A DNA stretch of 45,471 nucleotides, taken from assembly GCF_001194135.2 (NCBI RefSeq), contig NC_068990.1:60554914-60600384 (forward strand), in the 5' to 3' direction. The position numbers were made by a program, and so were the translations under genes. The notes beneath the pieces are model-generated. The model was not told where the DNA came from, did not search any database, and saw only the letters and a program-made list of their open reading frames with translations. The stretch's first letter is position 1. Each line of letters starts with the position of its first letter. Below, piece by piece: positions 1 to 11,544 of the stretch. The stretch comes from Octopus bimaculoides (lineage: Eukaryota).

Positions 1-774
1 TTTTTTTTTTTAAAGAAATCAAGCAATAGTTAGCAGGTTCAATTCTGGTTCAATTATTAGGATTTTACTCATAAGTTGATTTAGTTAATGTAAAATACTT
101 TTTGAATTTTTTTTTTAAAATCAACTAAAATAATTGACAATTCTTCAAACATCTAAAGAATAATTTTATAAAGTTAGAGCATTGTTATGATGAATTTTGA
201 TACTTTCCATTTCCTAGATACCAGTGTAAAGTCTTCAAACAAAACATTAACAGTTAGGCATTTAATTTTGTTGGTAAAATTACATTTTTACAAAACTTAC
301 TTTTTATTTTGTTTAACCATTGAATAAAAACTGTATAAGAATTTGTTTCACAAACAACTAATTATAATTTAAATTTTATTGTGAATTTTTTAATTAGACA
401 TTTCCTGCAATCTGTCTTTTAGTGACACTACTTAACTAGTTGAAATAAAATGCATATAATGAATGATGTATTAATGACTGAAAAACATTTTCTGTGGTTA
501 ACTGTAAATACATAAACACTTCATCAGTAAATATAAAAAAGGGTATAATTGGAGAGGTTTTTTTTAATGCAAAAGATCTATTAAACAATTTTAAATCCCC
601 AAAGTATAATTAAGGTGAAAAGTATGAAAAATATTGAATGAGGACACTAATTAGTTTGATCATCACATTGGGGGATTCATTAAGAAAAATAAATTTTATC
701 AAAAGTTTGGATAAACATTAAAAAAAAGTTTAAATAAAAAAATTCGCTTTTAGTGAACAAAAAATAAACAAGGT

Positions 775-895
775 CATGGTGGTGGTGATGAGGGTGATGA
801 TGATGACATCGTTAATAAAGGAGATGGGAGCCATTGCCATCATCACCAACATCATCTTCAGCCTCATCATCATCATTATCATCATTATTCATTGA
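775..895. repeat. Degenerate (GAT/GGT)n followed by (CAT)n trinucleotide repeats
   Basis: Seen directly: ggtgatgatgatgac ... catcatcatcattatcatc. ORF 812..1021 (poly-D) is a by-product. Confidence 0.85.
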
Positions 896-1299
896 ATGTC
901 TGCTTTTCTTTAGTATCAACAAGACTAGTCTATAAACTAAATATTGATTATAAATTTGTAGTTTTAAAAAAGTTTCAACATGAAACAAAATATTTTGGTA
1001 AAGTTTTTGTTTATTTCCCAAGAGATGAAATTTTCTTCTAATATTGTTATTCCCAGAATGTTCTGCATTATATGCTTCATATTATTTTAGGATTCAGTTA
1101 AAGAAATAAAGAAAAGTGACTAGTAAACGTTTTCAATATACATTTATAAAAACTTAGTTATAACTATTTATACCAATAGTTGTGAAAAATAAGAAAGTTA
1201 CAGTTGAACATTCCATCAGAACCTTACAATAATGTCTTGGAAAGGGATAAGTCATCAGTGATGTTAGAGACATAAAGTTTTGTGGTTCAGTTGTTATAC

Positions 1300-2380
1300 A
1301 ATCATTATTATCATCATTTATGGCATAGGTTGATTGAACCATTATAGCTTGAGTTAGTTCTTATTTGGTACTGCTCTCCTACACATGATCAGAGGACTAC
1401 ACCTAGATTATCATTTCATTTTGGTATGGTTTCTATGTCTAGTTGCCTAATGCAGTTTCATCCTTCATATACATCACAAACCTGTATCAACACAATTTTC
1501 TCTCTTGCATTCTACTTATACCAAGCTTTTCTCTCAGTTCATGTGTACTCTACTTCATGAACTCTGACATGACACATTCAGCAAAGCATGCTTGTTTTAT
1601 TTTATATCTCTCACCCATACAGAATCACACTTTGCACACAAGCATCGCACAATCTATACCATATGTTCTGAAGGAAAAGCCCTTATTTGCCAGTCCATTC
1701 TTACTCTGGTTACAATACTTTCTGAGCACTGCCTCCAATGTTAGTTATGTCAGCTATGTAATAAAAGCCATCAAATACTTCTAAGAAAATGTCTAAGTAT
1801 TTTAGAGAATCTATTTCCAGAATTTTCTTAGGGTTTATTATCTCAGTACACCTGCAGCATATGAAATCTACCTTCTTTTAACCTTGGCACACCAAATGGA
1901 ATTACAACCAAATCCTTTTCTGTACAGTGAGCATGGCCATTTCCTAATGATAACAGGATCCTGTCTTCTTTCCGACTTATTAAAACTATATTTTTGCAAA
2001 ATTTACCTTAAGGCTCTTCAATTCCAAGATTGTTTTCATGCCTATGTCTAGATTCTGTTACAAGAGATAAGTCATTAGCATAACTAGTTAAAAGCTCTTT
2101 TGTTATTCTTTTGAAGACTATAATAAACAGGACGAAGCTGAGAAGAGCCTTACTGGCCACACATCTGAGCATGTCTTGTACAACCCTCAAAAGCAATTCA
2201 TCTATACCCCGCACCCTTATCAACCATCAGATTACATCATGAGGGACTCTGTTAAAGGTCAACAAGGGTTAAGTATTGGGACTTACTCTTGGATAAATAT
2301 TTCTTTTGTTGTTGTCGCCTCAGGAATATGGCATCAGTACCTCTTTCTACAATGTACTTGAAATGCATTTCCTGTTTCTA
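1300..2380 (-). mobile_element. RTE-clade LINE, decayed 3' part (RT domain remnant to GAT-repeat tail)
   Basis: Minus-strand translation across stops and frameshifts gives FNRVPHDVI*WLIRVRGIDELLLRVVQDM, LLSFVLFIIV..LLTSYANDL (YADD-like), KWPCSLYRKGFGCNSIWC and ELREKLGI. It ends in a degenerate (GAT)n tail near 1300. These are RTE RT and post-RT motifs. Confidence 0.85.
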
Positions 2381-2574
2381 ATTAATTTTTCAATTACTCT
2401 TTCAATAACTTTTTAAAGTTTGATATGTCTGATATCTCCTCTCTTTAGTACATTGCATTTACCTTTGTAGCAGTTTATGTTGATACTGTGTGGCTCATAC
2501 CTTGTATTACCTGACTGACTGATCAATCACATAAATCCAACCAAGCTGTTAGTTGTCACTGCTCTGAGAAAATA

Positions 2575-2735
2575 ATAATTTCTCACTTAGGCAAAAGACC
2601 TGACATTTGTGATAAGGAAATAGTTGATTATATCTCAGTATTTTATTGAACCAGGAAAAATGAAAGTCAAAGCTGATCTTAGCAGGATTTAGAACATAAA
2701 TAGCCAGAACAAATTGCGAGACATTTTATCTAATT
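2575..2735 (-). mobile_element. Highly decayed SINE family A copy
   Basis: Weak match to the reverse complement of family A (ggcaaaagacctgac..., tgaaagtcaaagctgatc, acattttatc). Confidence 0.45.
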
Positions 2736-2788
2736 CACTTATTAACTTGACTCCCTACCACTTTCCCCTTGACTAAACACTGATTTCC

Positions 2789-2808
2789 ATTATTATTATT
2801 ATTATCAT

Positions 2809-2840
<32 letters not shown>

Positions 2841-2843
2841 TAT
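2789..2843. repeat. (ATT)n plus (TA)n microsatellite
   Basis: Seen directly. Confidence 0.95.
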
Positions 2844-3584
2844 AAAGAGTGACTTCTATCCTCAAAAGTTATTTTTAGAAGCACAAAACCTGTAGCATGG
2901 TGCCAAAACAAATATAAATGTATTTCTTTTAAAGTAGGTAATGGTACCATGAAAATTTCTAATGATCTGCTTTGCAAAAATAAGAGATCAGTTTTGTAAA
3001 TTATAGAAAGTATGACATGCTATAGAATCTGAACTAAATATAGAAAATCTCAAAGCTAAGTATTTTAAAGCCCCAAATATGTGTTCTATTTTGTTATCTA
3101 CATTGATATGAAAAACAATTTTACTTGTAGCAGATCTGTAAAGTAGGAAGTTCAAGTCTACTGTTAGAATTTGTTAATTTACAAAGCAGAACCTATTATT
3201 CAACATAATATGGTTCACCTTGCCAACTGAAATAGATAAAATACTAAAATATTATTATCTGAAATAGATTAGTGTCTAATCTGCAAGGGATTTATCACTT
3301 ATCCAATTCAAGGTTTGGAAACTGGAACCAAACATTGACTTTCATAGGATTATTTAGAGCAGTGGTTCTCAAGTTGCTTGGTGACCCCATTGGTGTTGGT
3401 GCTATGCAAAAAACTTATAGAAATGAAATAGACTGGTGGGTTATGTTTGAGGAGTAGGAGGAAGGTAGAGGAGGTTTGGTATGAGGGAGATGTAGCTAAG
3501 TAGAGAGGTACAGGGTTAGTAACTTCTGCATCTGCATGCATATGCATAACCTATTCTCTCTACATTACTCTTCACCACCACTCC

Positions 3585-3742
<158 letters not shown>

Positions 3743-4149
3743 ACTGGATAACTAAGCTCAAAATTATAACAGATAATAACTTAAAAAAGCAGTCTCTAGA
3801 TAGACATATGTGTATTTATGTATGCATATGCAGGTAAATTTTTTATGGATATACATACAAATATATTTGAATTATGAGAAACAGAGTTTATTTTAAAGAG
3901 ATACATCTTGTAATCACATGAGGAGACACAACTACACAGACAGATACACTTAAACCAGTTGTACAGTATCTCATCCATGAGAGATTGATGCTAGATGGGT
4001 CAAAACAATTGTTGTAATTAATAATGATTCTTGTATTTTTCCTCTTCTGTGTCTCTCATTAATCAAATGAACACGAAGACATTGAAGTGCTTTACTGGCA
4101 AACTGTCATGTATATACCATATGATTTTTTAACTATTAATACACACATA

Positions 4150-5325
4150 CCTTGACCAAGTTTGCATACATGAGGCTGATAACATCATAAGAATTGGAAG
4201 GCAGCTCCTTCAGCAACATTCCTTGTCTGATAACCTTAAATACATGCCCAAAGAAGTTGCATGACTCTACCGCAATGATTCATCAGATGAAAGGATGAGC
4301 ATATATGGACAGAAGATATGGATATGTTAGTAGAAAGCTCTAAGCTGATAGTAACATTGATCATCAAAGCAGTCTGTCATGGACCAATAACTAGATTACT
4401 ACTTCCCATTTTGAAGGGTATGTGTATGCAATCCAGGAACAGGAAATATCAACCAAATGCCTGAAGCACAAAAGGGATAGAGGTGCAGGAAAAGCAGTAA
4501 AATGTGATAACTGATGCAGACTTTATGTAGTTAACACCAAAGATATCACCCACATCATAAGCAGTTGTCCAAAAATGTCATCATGATATTATTTATCAAT
4601 GAGACATGACGTTGTAGCTAGGACACTCTATAATGAATACCATCGGAAGGATTATCCCAAGGACAAATAAAAACCTCCAATATGGTAAAAGCCATAGCCA
4701 CCATAATGAAAAGGAATACTGCTGAAATGTACTAGTGAAGACCTCAATAAAATGTAAGCACAACAGACCTGATATAATGATTTGGGATAGAGAAGAGAAA
4801 TTGTGCACAGCTGTGGAAATTAGCTGCCCAGCAGATGATAACATAAAGGTGAAAATCAGGGAAGAGGGGAATACTTACACTGAACTATTCAGAAATCTGC
4901 TGTTACTCTATCCATATTACAGGTTCAGATTTATACCTGTAATTATTGAGGCCCTGGGATATGTAACACGCTGCCTAAATACCAATCTTGAGAAATTAGG
5001 CTTCTCAAAACCAGAAAGGAGAAAGCTAATTCAAAGACTACAGATCGAATCTATCACTGGAACGGTAAAAATCTGTAAATCTTTCCAGACGTTTATCAAT
5101 TAAATATATATGAGCATGTTTAGATATGCAACTATATGCATGAGAATACATACATAAAACAAAATATACAAATCTGCATACATACATTCATACGTATATA
5201 CATACAAAAATACCCAGTTGTTGATGTTGAAATTCCTATGAAGAAGCCTTGGATATAGGTTAGAAACCAGCCCTTTCTCTATTAGCAAGAAATCTTGAAA
5301 TAAAACTGAATAATGATATACATGC
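4150..5325 (+). mobile_element. RLE-type (R4/Dong-like) non-LTR retrotransposon, 5'-truncated and decayed
   Basis: Translation gives SHFEGYVYAIQEQEISTK, zinc knuckle remnant CRLY-x8-HIISSC (~4515-4570), RHDVVA, and RLE nuclease HNRPDIMIWD...VEISCP...FIPVIIEALG ending at the stop at 5103. A probable 3'UTR runs to the CATA repeats at ~5330. Confidence 0.9.
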
Positions 5326-5329
5326 ATAC

Positions 5330-5440
5330 ATACAATTGTACATACATACATATATACATATATATATTTATATGTATGTATGTATGTATGTATCTATCTA
5401 TCTATCTATATATGATTGCATGCATACATACACAAACATG
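5330..5440. repeat. Compound (CATA)/(TATG)/(TATC) microsatellite
   Basis: Seen directly. Confidence 0.9.
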
Positions 5441-6107
5441 CATTCAAGCCAAATGAGAAAATTTTTTTGTAGTTGCTTGGCCTATGAGAAGTAGCAGTCA
5501 AATCGCCCTCAGTGTCACATGCTGCGATCTTAAAAAGTGGAAAATGCATTGGATAAGAAATGAATACTTTAAATCATAAACCTACACACTCATGTTTATT
5601 ATAGAGTTAAATAACATGTAAAGTTTAAGCTGAAGATAAAGTACCTTATTAAATTAATTGTAAAATATTGGACAAAATCAAATTAACTTATATTTTGCAG
5701 AAGTCATGGGTGATAGTAATTGTCTGTTTATCATGCTTTCACTCTTATTCTTACTCAATAATAGCACAGATTAACAAAGTCTTTGAGAAGAAGTTGTACA
5801 GCATATGTGAAATAACTGGAGGAATTTTCATTTTTTTAATTCTTGACAGCACAATGCAGAAATATCAAACATACATGTGTAGGGATGGAATGCAGCAAAT
5901 TGGCAGCATTGCTAGCATGCCAGGCAAAATGTTTGATTTCAGGTGAGTTTGCCACCATCAATTCCTCACAGGAGAATTCACCACCATCACTTCACAGTGA
6001 AGAAAGTTCACCATGAGGAAGGTTTACCAAGAAAATATATCCATAATATTTCACCATTAACAGCTAAAAACTATTCTATTGAAAAAAAAAAAAAAATGGA
6101 CAATTGA

Positions 6108-6311
6108 TGACAGTGAACTTACCAGACATGAAAATGCTTAATAGTATTTCATCTGTCTTTACATTCTGAGTTCAAATGCTGTCAGGGTCGACTTTGCCTT
6201 TCATCCTTTTGGGGTCAATAGAATAAGTACCAATTGAACACTGGATTCAATGTAATTGACTCATCCCTTCCCCTAAAATTGCTGGCCTTGAAACCAAAAT
6301 TTGAAATCAAT
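6108..6311 (+). mobile_element. tRNA-headed SINE family A
   Basis: B-box gagttcaaat, central ggtcgactttgcctttcatcct...aataagtacc and tail ggccttg...aaaatttgaaa, shared by >12 copies in the window. A head fragment also lies at ~5890-5935. Confidence 0.9.
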
Positions 6312-6479
6312 ATAGAATTGGCTGCCATTAATGAATCGTACAATATAGAAATTCAGGTTCATCCCAAAATGTTGATTAGATTATTCATCCTTTATTCACC
6401 ATCTGAAGTCAAACAGTTGTGTAAAGAAAGACGTTTGTATTATACAGTGGTCAAATTGACAAGAGCCACTATGATGCTC

Positions 6480-8010
6480 TCTCTCTCTTTCTCATTCACA
6501 ATGATGAGCATAAGAGAAATGTAGAGGGGAAAAAAAAACATCACAAGAAAGTGAAAAAAAGAAAGAAAAAGAATAAGGACTCCAAAAATAATGGTGCATA
6601 ATAGTAAGAAAATATTTGAAGAAAATGAAAAAGGTAGAGGAATATGATTGGAAATGTGAGGAAATATAAGAGGAGGACAAGAAAACATGAAAGTAATAAA
6701 GATGGAGACTTAAGATTGCAGAGAAAGAAAGAAAATTATAGAAATGAAAAAAGAAAAAGGATATAGAAAACAAATGGCAAAAATGGAAAATAAAATGTAG
6801 AATAAATAGAGCATAAGAGTGTGAAAAAGACCAAAAAATGAAACTGAAAAAGAAAAAGTTTTTCAGAGATAATCTACAGAAAACATATGGATGAAGGCAA
6901 TGGCTGGATATGGTTCTTATGATCATAATCATGATTATGCATCTGAAAAAAATTGTATACCTAGGTTCTAAGTGCAAAATATGTGGCATGTGTGGTGCTG
7001 GAAGTTTGGGCAAGAAATCATTAGGTATGTATTGTTCTTACAGCAAGGTCCATTTCCCTATAATTCAACCATATGAATTTACAAGAAGTCTTCTTTTGAG
7101 TACCATTTCAGAATCAAAACTCTTTCTTAAAAAACATTCAAGCGTTCTATTGTGCTTCTTAAATGACATCATATGGAGGCAAAAATTATTGATGAAAGTG
7201 GGTTTATACCTACTTTTAAAGTGCAAGAACAAATTAATCCCAGAATTGGCCCTTTTCAGTATCTACAAGATAAAGATTCACAATTTTTACAGAAATATTT
7301 TTTAAGTGACATTCGAAAAGGAGCACAATGTTGCAGCAAGAACTGTCTCAGTACAATATGGGGACTTTTTTTTTTTTTGAATTGGCAATAAATACTTCAG
7401 GTAAAGAATCTTTATTTCAGAAGCTTTCCATATGGTTTAGAATGTACTTCACTGATGCCAACAAAAGACCAGCAGGAGAGCATATCCACCAACTTAATGT
7501 TCCTGAGTGTAATGAAGTGGCAATTATTGTAGTAGGAAAAGAATGTGGTAAATGACATATTGGTTCAAAGTATCATGTGACAGTAACATCAAGTTCATAA
7601 ATGAAACTCATTGTTCATATGATGATTTACAATATCCTTTGCCTTTTATTAACAGAGAAGATGGATACCAGTTCAGCATTTTAAGTTGGTAGAATCACTT
7701 GCAAAGAAAGAAAAAGACCTTGTCCAGTTTGGATTATTATGTTTATTAATTGATGATTCCATGTAATTTGTTGAGTCGTCCTCATTACTACCATGAACCT
7801 TGTCAACAATATTTTGTTAATATGCAGGCAAAAATAAAGTCAGAGATGTTATGTATAAAATGCATAAAACAGAAATACATTGAGAATCATATCTACATTA
7901 ATGAGATGATAGTAACAATGGTATTGCTGGGACAGAACTTGGACAAGATATATATGAATGAGAGAACACAAGACATGGATGTCCTGAGTTAATCAATGAA
8001 TAAGCATTTA
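6480..8010 (+). mobile_element. Helitron RepHel N-terminal/Rep-proximal fragment, decayed
   Basis: A K/E/R-rich leader is followed by SYDHNHDY, CKICGMC..GMYCSYSKVHFP, FYCAS*MTSYG, GFIPTFKVQEQINPRIG, ANKRPAGEHIHQLNVPECNEVAIIVVG, NETHCSYDDLQYPL...EDGY, QQYFVNMQAKIKSE and GCPEL. This is the canonical Helitron motif order. Confidence 0.92.
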
Positions 8011-8275
8011 AATTTTGAATGTTTATTCGTTAATTTGAATTATGTCACCACTAGCATAGCTAGAGTGTGTGCCACCTGGGGTAGCCCTTCTGTTAGCTCC
8101 CTCCCACCGGACTCCACAAAAACCATATATTGCCTACAGCAGACCTAAAAGTACTGCCCATTTAAAAGTGATGCCCAGAGAGGACCAACCCCCACCCAGC
8201 CCACAATTATGCTAATGTATGTCACATAACATTATAGTGCATATATGATCACGATTTTAAATCAGCATTAATCAC

Positions 8276-8317
8276 AACTGTCCGATGAATGGGAACAGGA
8301 AACTCTAAGTAACAGTT
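8276..8317 (+). ncRNA. Degenerate type I hammerhead-ribozyme-like motif
   Basis: aactgt-CCGATGA-atgggaacag-GAAAC-tctaa-GTA-acagtt: 6-bp stem I, core with U4->C, stem II collapsed. Confidence 0.45.
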
Positions 8318-8380
8318 CTGTTAAAATTTTGCACATTAACCTACCTTTGGTATTTATTCAAGTACTATATTTTTCCACCT

Positions 8381-8430
<50 letters not shown>

Positions 8431-8635
8431 CACATACACATACCCACACGCATAAAATATAAGGGGGGATTTCGTCAGGGTGGCTCAAACTAATAGGTAT
8501 GCACTTTGAGTGCTCAATTTGGCATGCCATTAAAATTCCACCATGAACAGTAGTTGAGCATGTGCTTTTGTGACTGCTTTTCTAAAACTACTAAAAGTGG
8601 TTTCCCCTTGAGTAGGTAGGTATAGATTAAAGTAA

Positions 8636-8804
8636 AAATGAAGAGGCAAACGGTTTGGCAAGACTAGACAAGGATATTTAATTTAACTATATAATAAAGC
8701 TGTATAATAATATAATATAATGAAGAGACTATGTACACCTTTTTATTGTATAGCTAAATTAAATGTCCTTGTCAAGTCTTGCCAAACTGTTTGCCTCTTC
8801 ATTT
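8636..8804. repeat. Fold-back element: 63-bp inverted arms, 43-bp spacer, (TA)n on the right
   Basis: 8636-8698 matches the reverse complement of 8742-8804 with 5 differences (manual alignment). Confidence 0.95.
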
Positions 8805-8838
8805 CTTTTTTAACATATATATGTATATATATATATGA

Positions 8839-8879
<41 letters not shown>

Positions 8880-9420
8880 TAAATTTTCTTATAAAGTATG
8901 TTTTTAAGTATACTTCACAATATATGAACTGTATTAAGAAGTGCTCATTGCAAGCTAAATCAAAGGATAAGGGAAATTATAGAAGGAACACATCTAGGCA
9001 ATCAATACAAATTCCAAAGCATAATTTAAAACACACAGCAAAATAAATATGCATATAAATCTATAAATCAGTGAACAAAATTACAAGTAAGAGTCATATG
9101 TGAAAGAGTGAAAGGGTATTAGTAAGAGGATCATGAACCTTTTCTCCAACCAAGAGATTTTCGATGCAGTGGCCCTGTACTACAATGAGGTCCTAGCTGC
9201 CAGCGAATTTAGGAGCCACATATGAACCCAACAACTGCAGAAGGAAGTGCCACAGAAATACCATTTGGTTTGCCCTCCCCTTCTCTCTTAACACAAAAAT
9301 GCCTGTGGGTAAAATATTCCTTAAATTAATAGATAAGCATTTCACTAGCTCCCATAGGTACATCCCATTTTCAATAGGCACAATGTTAGGGTCTCATTTA
9401 GCTGTGTCCCTAATATTTAG

Positions 9421-10440
9421 ACCATCCTAGTTAACACCCCTAAGCCACAGGAAGAGACAGGATGTACATGCAGGGACTGCGTCAGATGCCCAGTGGGAGG
9501 TCATTGTGAAACCAAAGGGGTCGTCTATGAAGCTGAAATACTAGCAAGTCCTGGCAATACCACCTGTAGAAGCAGTAGTAGCTATAGACATGAGAACAGA
9601 ACCAGCAACACTGCCACCATCACCAAATTTAGCAACATTAGCAACAATAGCAATAATAGCACCAGCAACAGCATTGGCAGTTCCCCCAATAGCAACAACA
9701 CTAACAGCAGCAGCATTGCCATCAGCACCAGCATTACCAACAGCTTCCCTAACGTCCACAGTAGCAGACCTGACAACCCCTATCACAACAACAACAGGTC
9801 CAGTGCCACCACCAGCTATAATGACAATAACAGCAGCAGCAACATCGACAGTGGCCCTAGCAGAACCAAAGCTAATGACACCTCTAGTAGCAATGGCAAC
9901 TCTCCCACCAATGGTGAGGACCACAATAACAACAACAGCACCTTCACCAGCAGTGGTGATACCATTACCGACGCCACCACTACCTCCAGCGATGCCAATA
10001 CCAGCAGTTCCAACCCCAACAACAACGTCAGTGGCAGCAACAACAACAACAACACCAGCAGGTACAGCACCTACAAATGCCCACAGAGATACATTGGATG
10101 TCTCAGGAACTCTTTCAAGCAATGTCTCTCCAACCACAACTCCTTCAGAGTACCAGAAAGGAGATACATAACATCGCTGACCAGCCACATCTGGCGACTA
10201 AGAGACAATGGGATTCCATACTCGATCTCATGGAAAATCCTCGAGAACCCAGGCTCCTACATCAACGGGACAAAGCGTTGCAAGTTATGCATAGCTGAAC
10301 ACACAAAAATCGTAAAAGACTCACTTGAATCAGGGAACATACTTAACTCCAGAAAGGAGATTTTTAGGCCATGTTTACATTTCAGGATGTTTCTACTAGC
10401 TTTTTGGAGCCCGCAAGATGGTGGTACAGCCAGAAGTTGA
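9421..10440 (+). pseudogene. PLE GIY-YIG endonuclease reading frame with a long S/N/T-rich insert
   Basis: The frame is open from the stop at 9418-9420 to the stop at 10438-10440. The conserved Arg of FKxR reads Cys (tgt, a likely CpG decay), so this copy is probably inactive. Confidence 0.85.
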
Positions 10441-10532
10441 TAGCCAATAGTAAAGGGAGGTAATCCCCAGTTGTTATCTTTGGGCAGTGAGGCATTTATC
10501 CACCATATTTTTAAGAGGTCATAGGCTAACAG

Positions 10533-10605
10533 GTTTTTGGGGTCTGACGATACACCATAAAGCTTAACCCTTTATGGACAGGAAACTTGAGGTAATCCCA
10601 TAAAC
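10533..10605 (+). ncRNA. Type I hammerhead ribozyme motif (PLE-associated)
   Basis: Stem I 10533-10543/10595-10605 (10 of 11 pairs); CUGACGA 10544-10550; 8-bp helix 10555-10562/10570-10577; GAAAC 10582-10586; GUA 10592-10594. Confidence 0.75.
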
Positions 10606-10727
10606 TAGACTTCCCCATTTATATATATGTATATATATGATTATTCAATATTAACAGTATTGTATTAGAAAACCAAGAATTTATACAAGGCTGTAAAAGA
10701 AGTGCTCAAACTAGTTGAGACAAAGGT

Positions 10728-11224
10728 ACAAAGTTAATTGCAGAATAAAACCGTTTGGTCATCGACTCAAAAAGCCATCGACTCAAAAAGCCATCGACTC
10801 AAAAAGCCATACACATTGGATGTTCTGTTATTATATTGTCCCGTGTATTTCGGTATTCCTGTGTATGAATTAAACTTCTTTTATTAGCTATTAGCCTCAA
10901 CGAATGAACTATTTTACTACGTTTCCCTATGTATTATTTTTTTCTCTATATTATTTCTTATATATATATATATTTTTATTCTACTATATCTGTACCGGTC
11001 TATAATATTTTTAATCAACTATTTAATCGCAGTTTATTTATTTATGTTATTCTATTATATTTTTAATCAATTTTATTCTTATGTATAAAAATTCTGACTT
11101 CCCTTTGCTAATTTGGTTTTGTGGTTTATACTGTACTTCTTATATGTGGTCATTGGTGGGCTATGGCTTTTTGAGTCGATGACCTAATGCTTTTATTCTG
11201 CAATTAACTTTATATATATATATA
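10728..11224. mobile_element. Fold-back/MITE-like element with 48-bp terminal inverted repeats and (TA)n on the right
   Basis: 10731-10778 matches the reverse complement of 11163-11210. The 16-bp unit atcgactcaaaaagcc is triplicated at 10761-10810. Confidence 0.85.
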
Positions 11225-11544
11225 ATGGATTACTGTGTGTATGGCATGGTTGAGAAAGACATCAACCACCTTGCTTGCAAGACCATGGCCAAACTGGTGG
11301 CCAAGATCAAGGAGGTGCTCAAAGATCTTCACTGGAACACAGTGGGGAACACATGCACCAGGTTCCAGAGCCATCTTGAAGTTATGGCGAAAGCTGAAGG
11401 TTGCTGCTTTGAGCAACCTGTTATCTCCCAGCCATAACCTAGTTGATATTTTTTGATTTTTAAGAATACTTTTATTTTTGGATGGGATATTGTCTTTTCT
11501 TTTCCTTTTTTGTAAACTGTCAAATTTAGCCCAAACACCCTGTA
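11225..11544 (+). mobile_element. Tc1/mariner-superfamily transposon 3' end (transposase C-terminus plus right TIR and TA)
   Basis: DYCVYGMVEKDIN...LVAKIKEV...TCTRFQSHLEVMAKAEGCCFE matches the post-SPDLNP C-terminus. It ends ...cccaaacaccctg|TA (11542|11543-44). Confidence 0.88.

Larger units (their letters stand above)
9110..10620 (+). mobile_element. Penelope-like element (PLE), 5'-truncated: RT thumb, linker, GIY-YIG endonuclease, 3' region with hammerhead
   Basis: ISKRIMNLS/SNQEIFDAVALYYNEVLAAS, RNTIWFALPFSLNTKMPVGKIFLKLIDKHF, HPIFNRHNVRVSFSCVPNI, CTCRDCVRCPVGGHC..VVYEAE, YIG..FKQ...NH, WKILE...KRCKLCIAE...LNSRKEIFRPCLH. Frameshifts near 9146 and 9361 and a stop at 9418-9420. Confidence 0.95.

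Noticed and set aside
775-895. (GAT)n/(CAT)n inverted arrangement as a structured RNA
   Set aside because: Low-complexity complementarity only; explainable as adjacent microsatellites or RTE-type tails.
3360-3390. CAGTGGTTCTCAA, a hAT/Charlie-like terminus
   Set aside because: No matching opposite end or TSD was found.
6440-7013. F/S/I-rich minus-strand ORFs resembling membrane proteins
   Set aside because: Antisense shadow of the purine-rich Helitron leader.
9541-10188. Overlapping 215-aa, 193-aa, 84-aa and 64-aa ORFs in other frames and strands (mucin-like or hydrophobic)
   Set aside because: Shadows of the AAC/AGC/ACC triplet insert, which lacks stops in several frames. Only the 9493 frame carries PLE motifs.
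8928-10725. Shared aagaagtgctca..caaagg segment (~8930-8966 and ~10692-10725) as a possible pLTR direct repeat
   Set aside because: Similarity is short and does not extend convincingly by eye; kept only as a hint pending alignment.
8476-11544. Idea that cagggtg at 8476 and caccctg at 11536-11542 are the two TIRs of one mariner split by insertions
   Set aside because: Only 7 bp match, the following TIR bases differ, and the left site lacks a TA flank.
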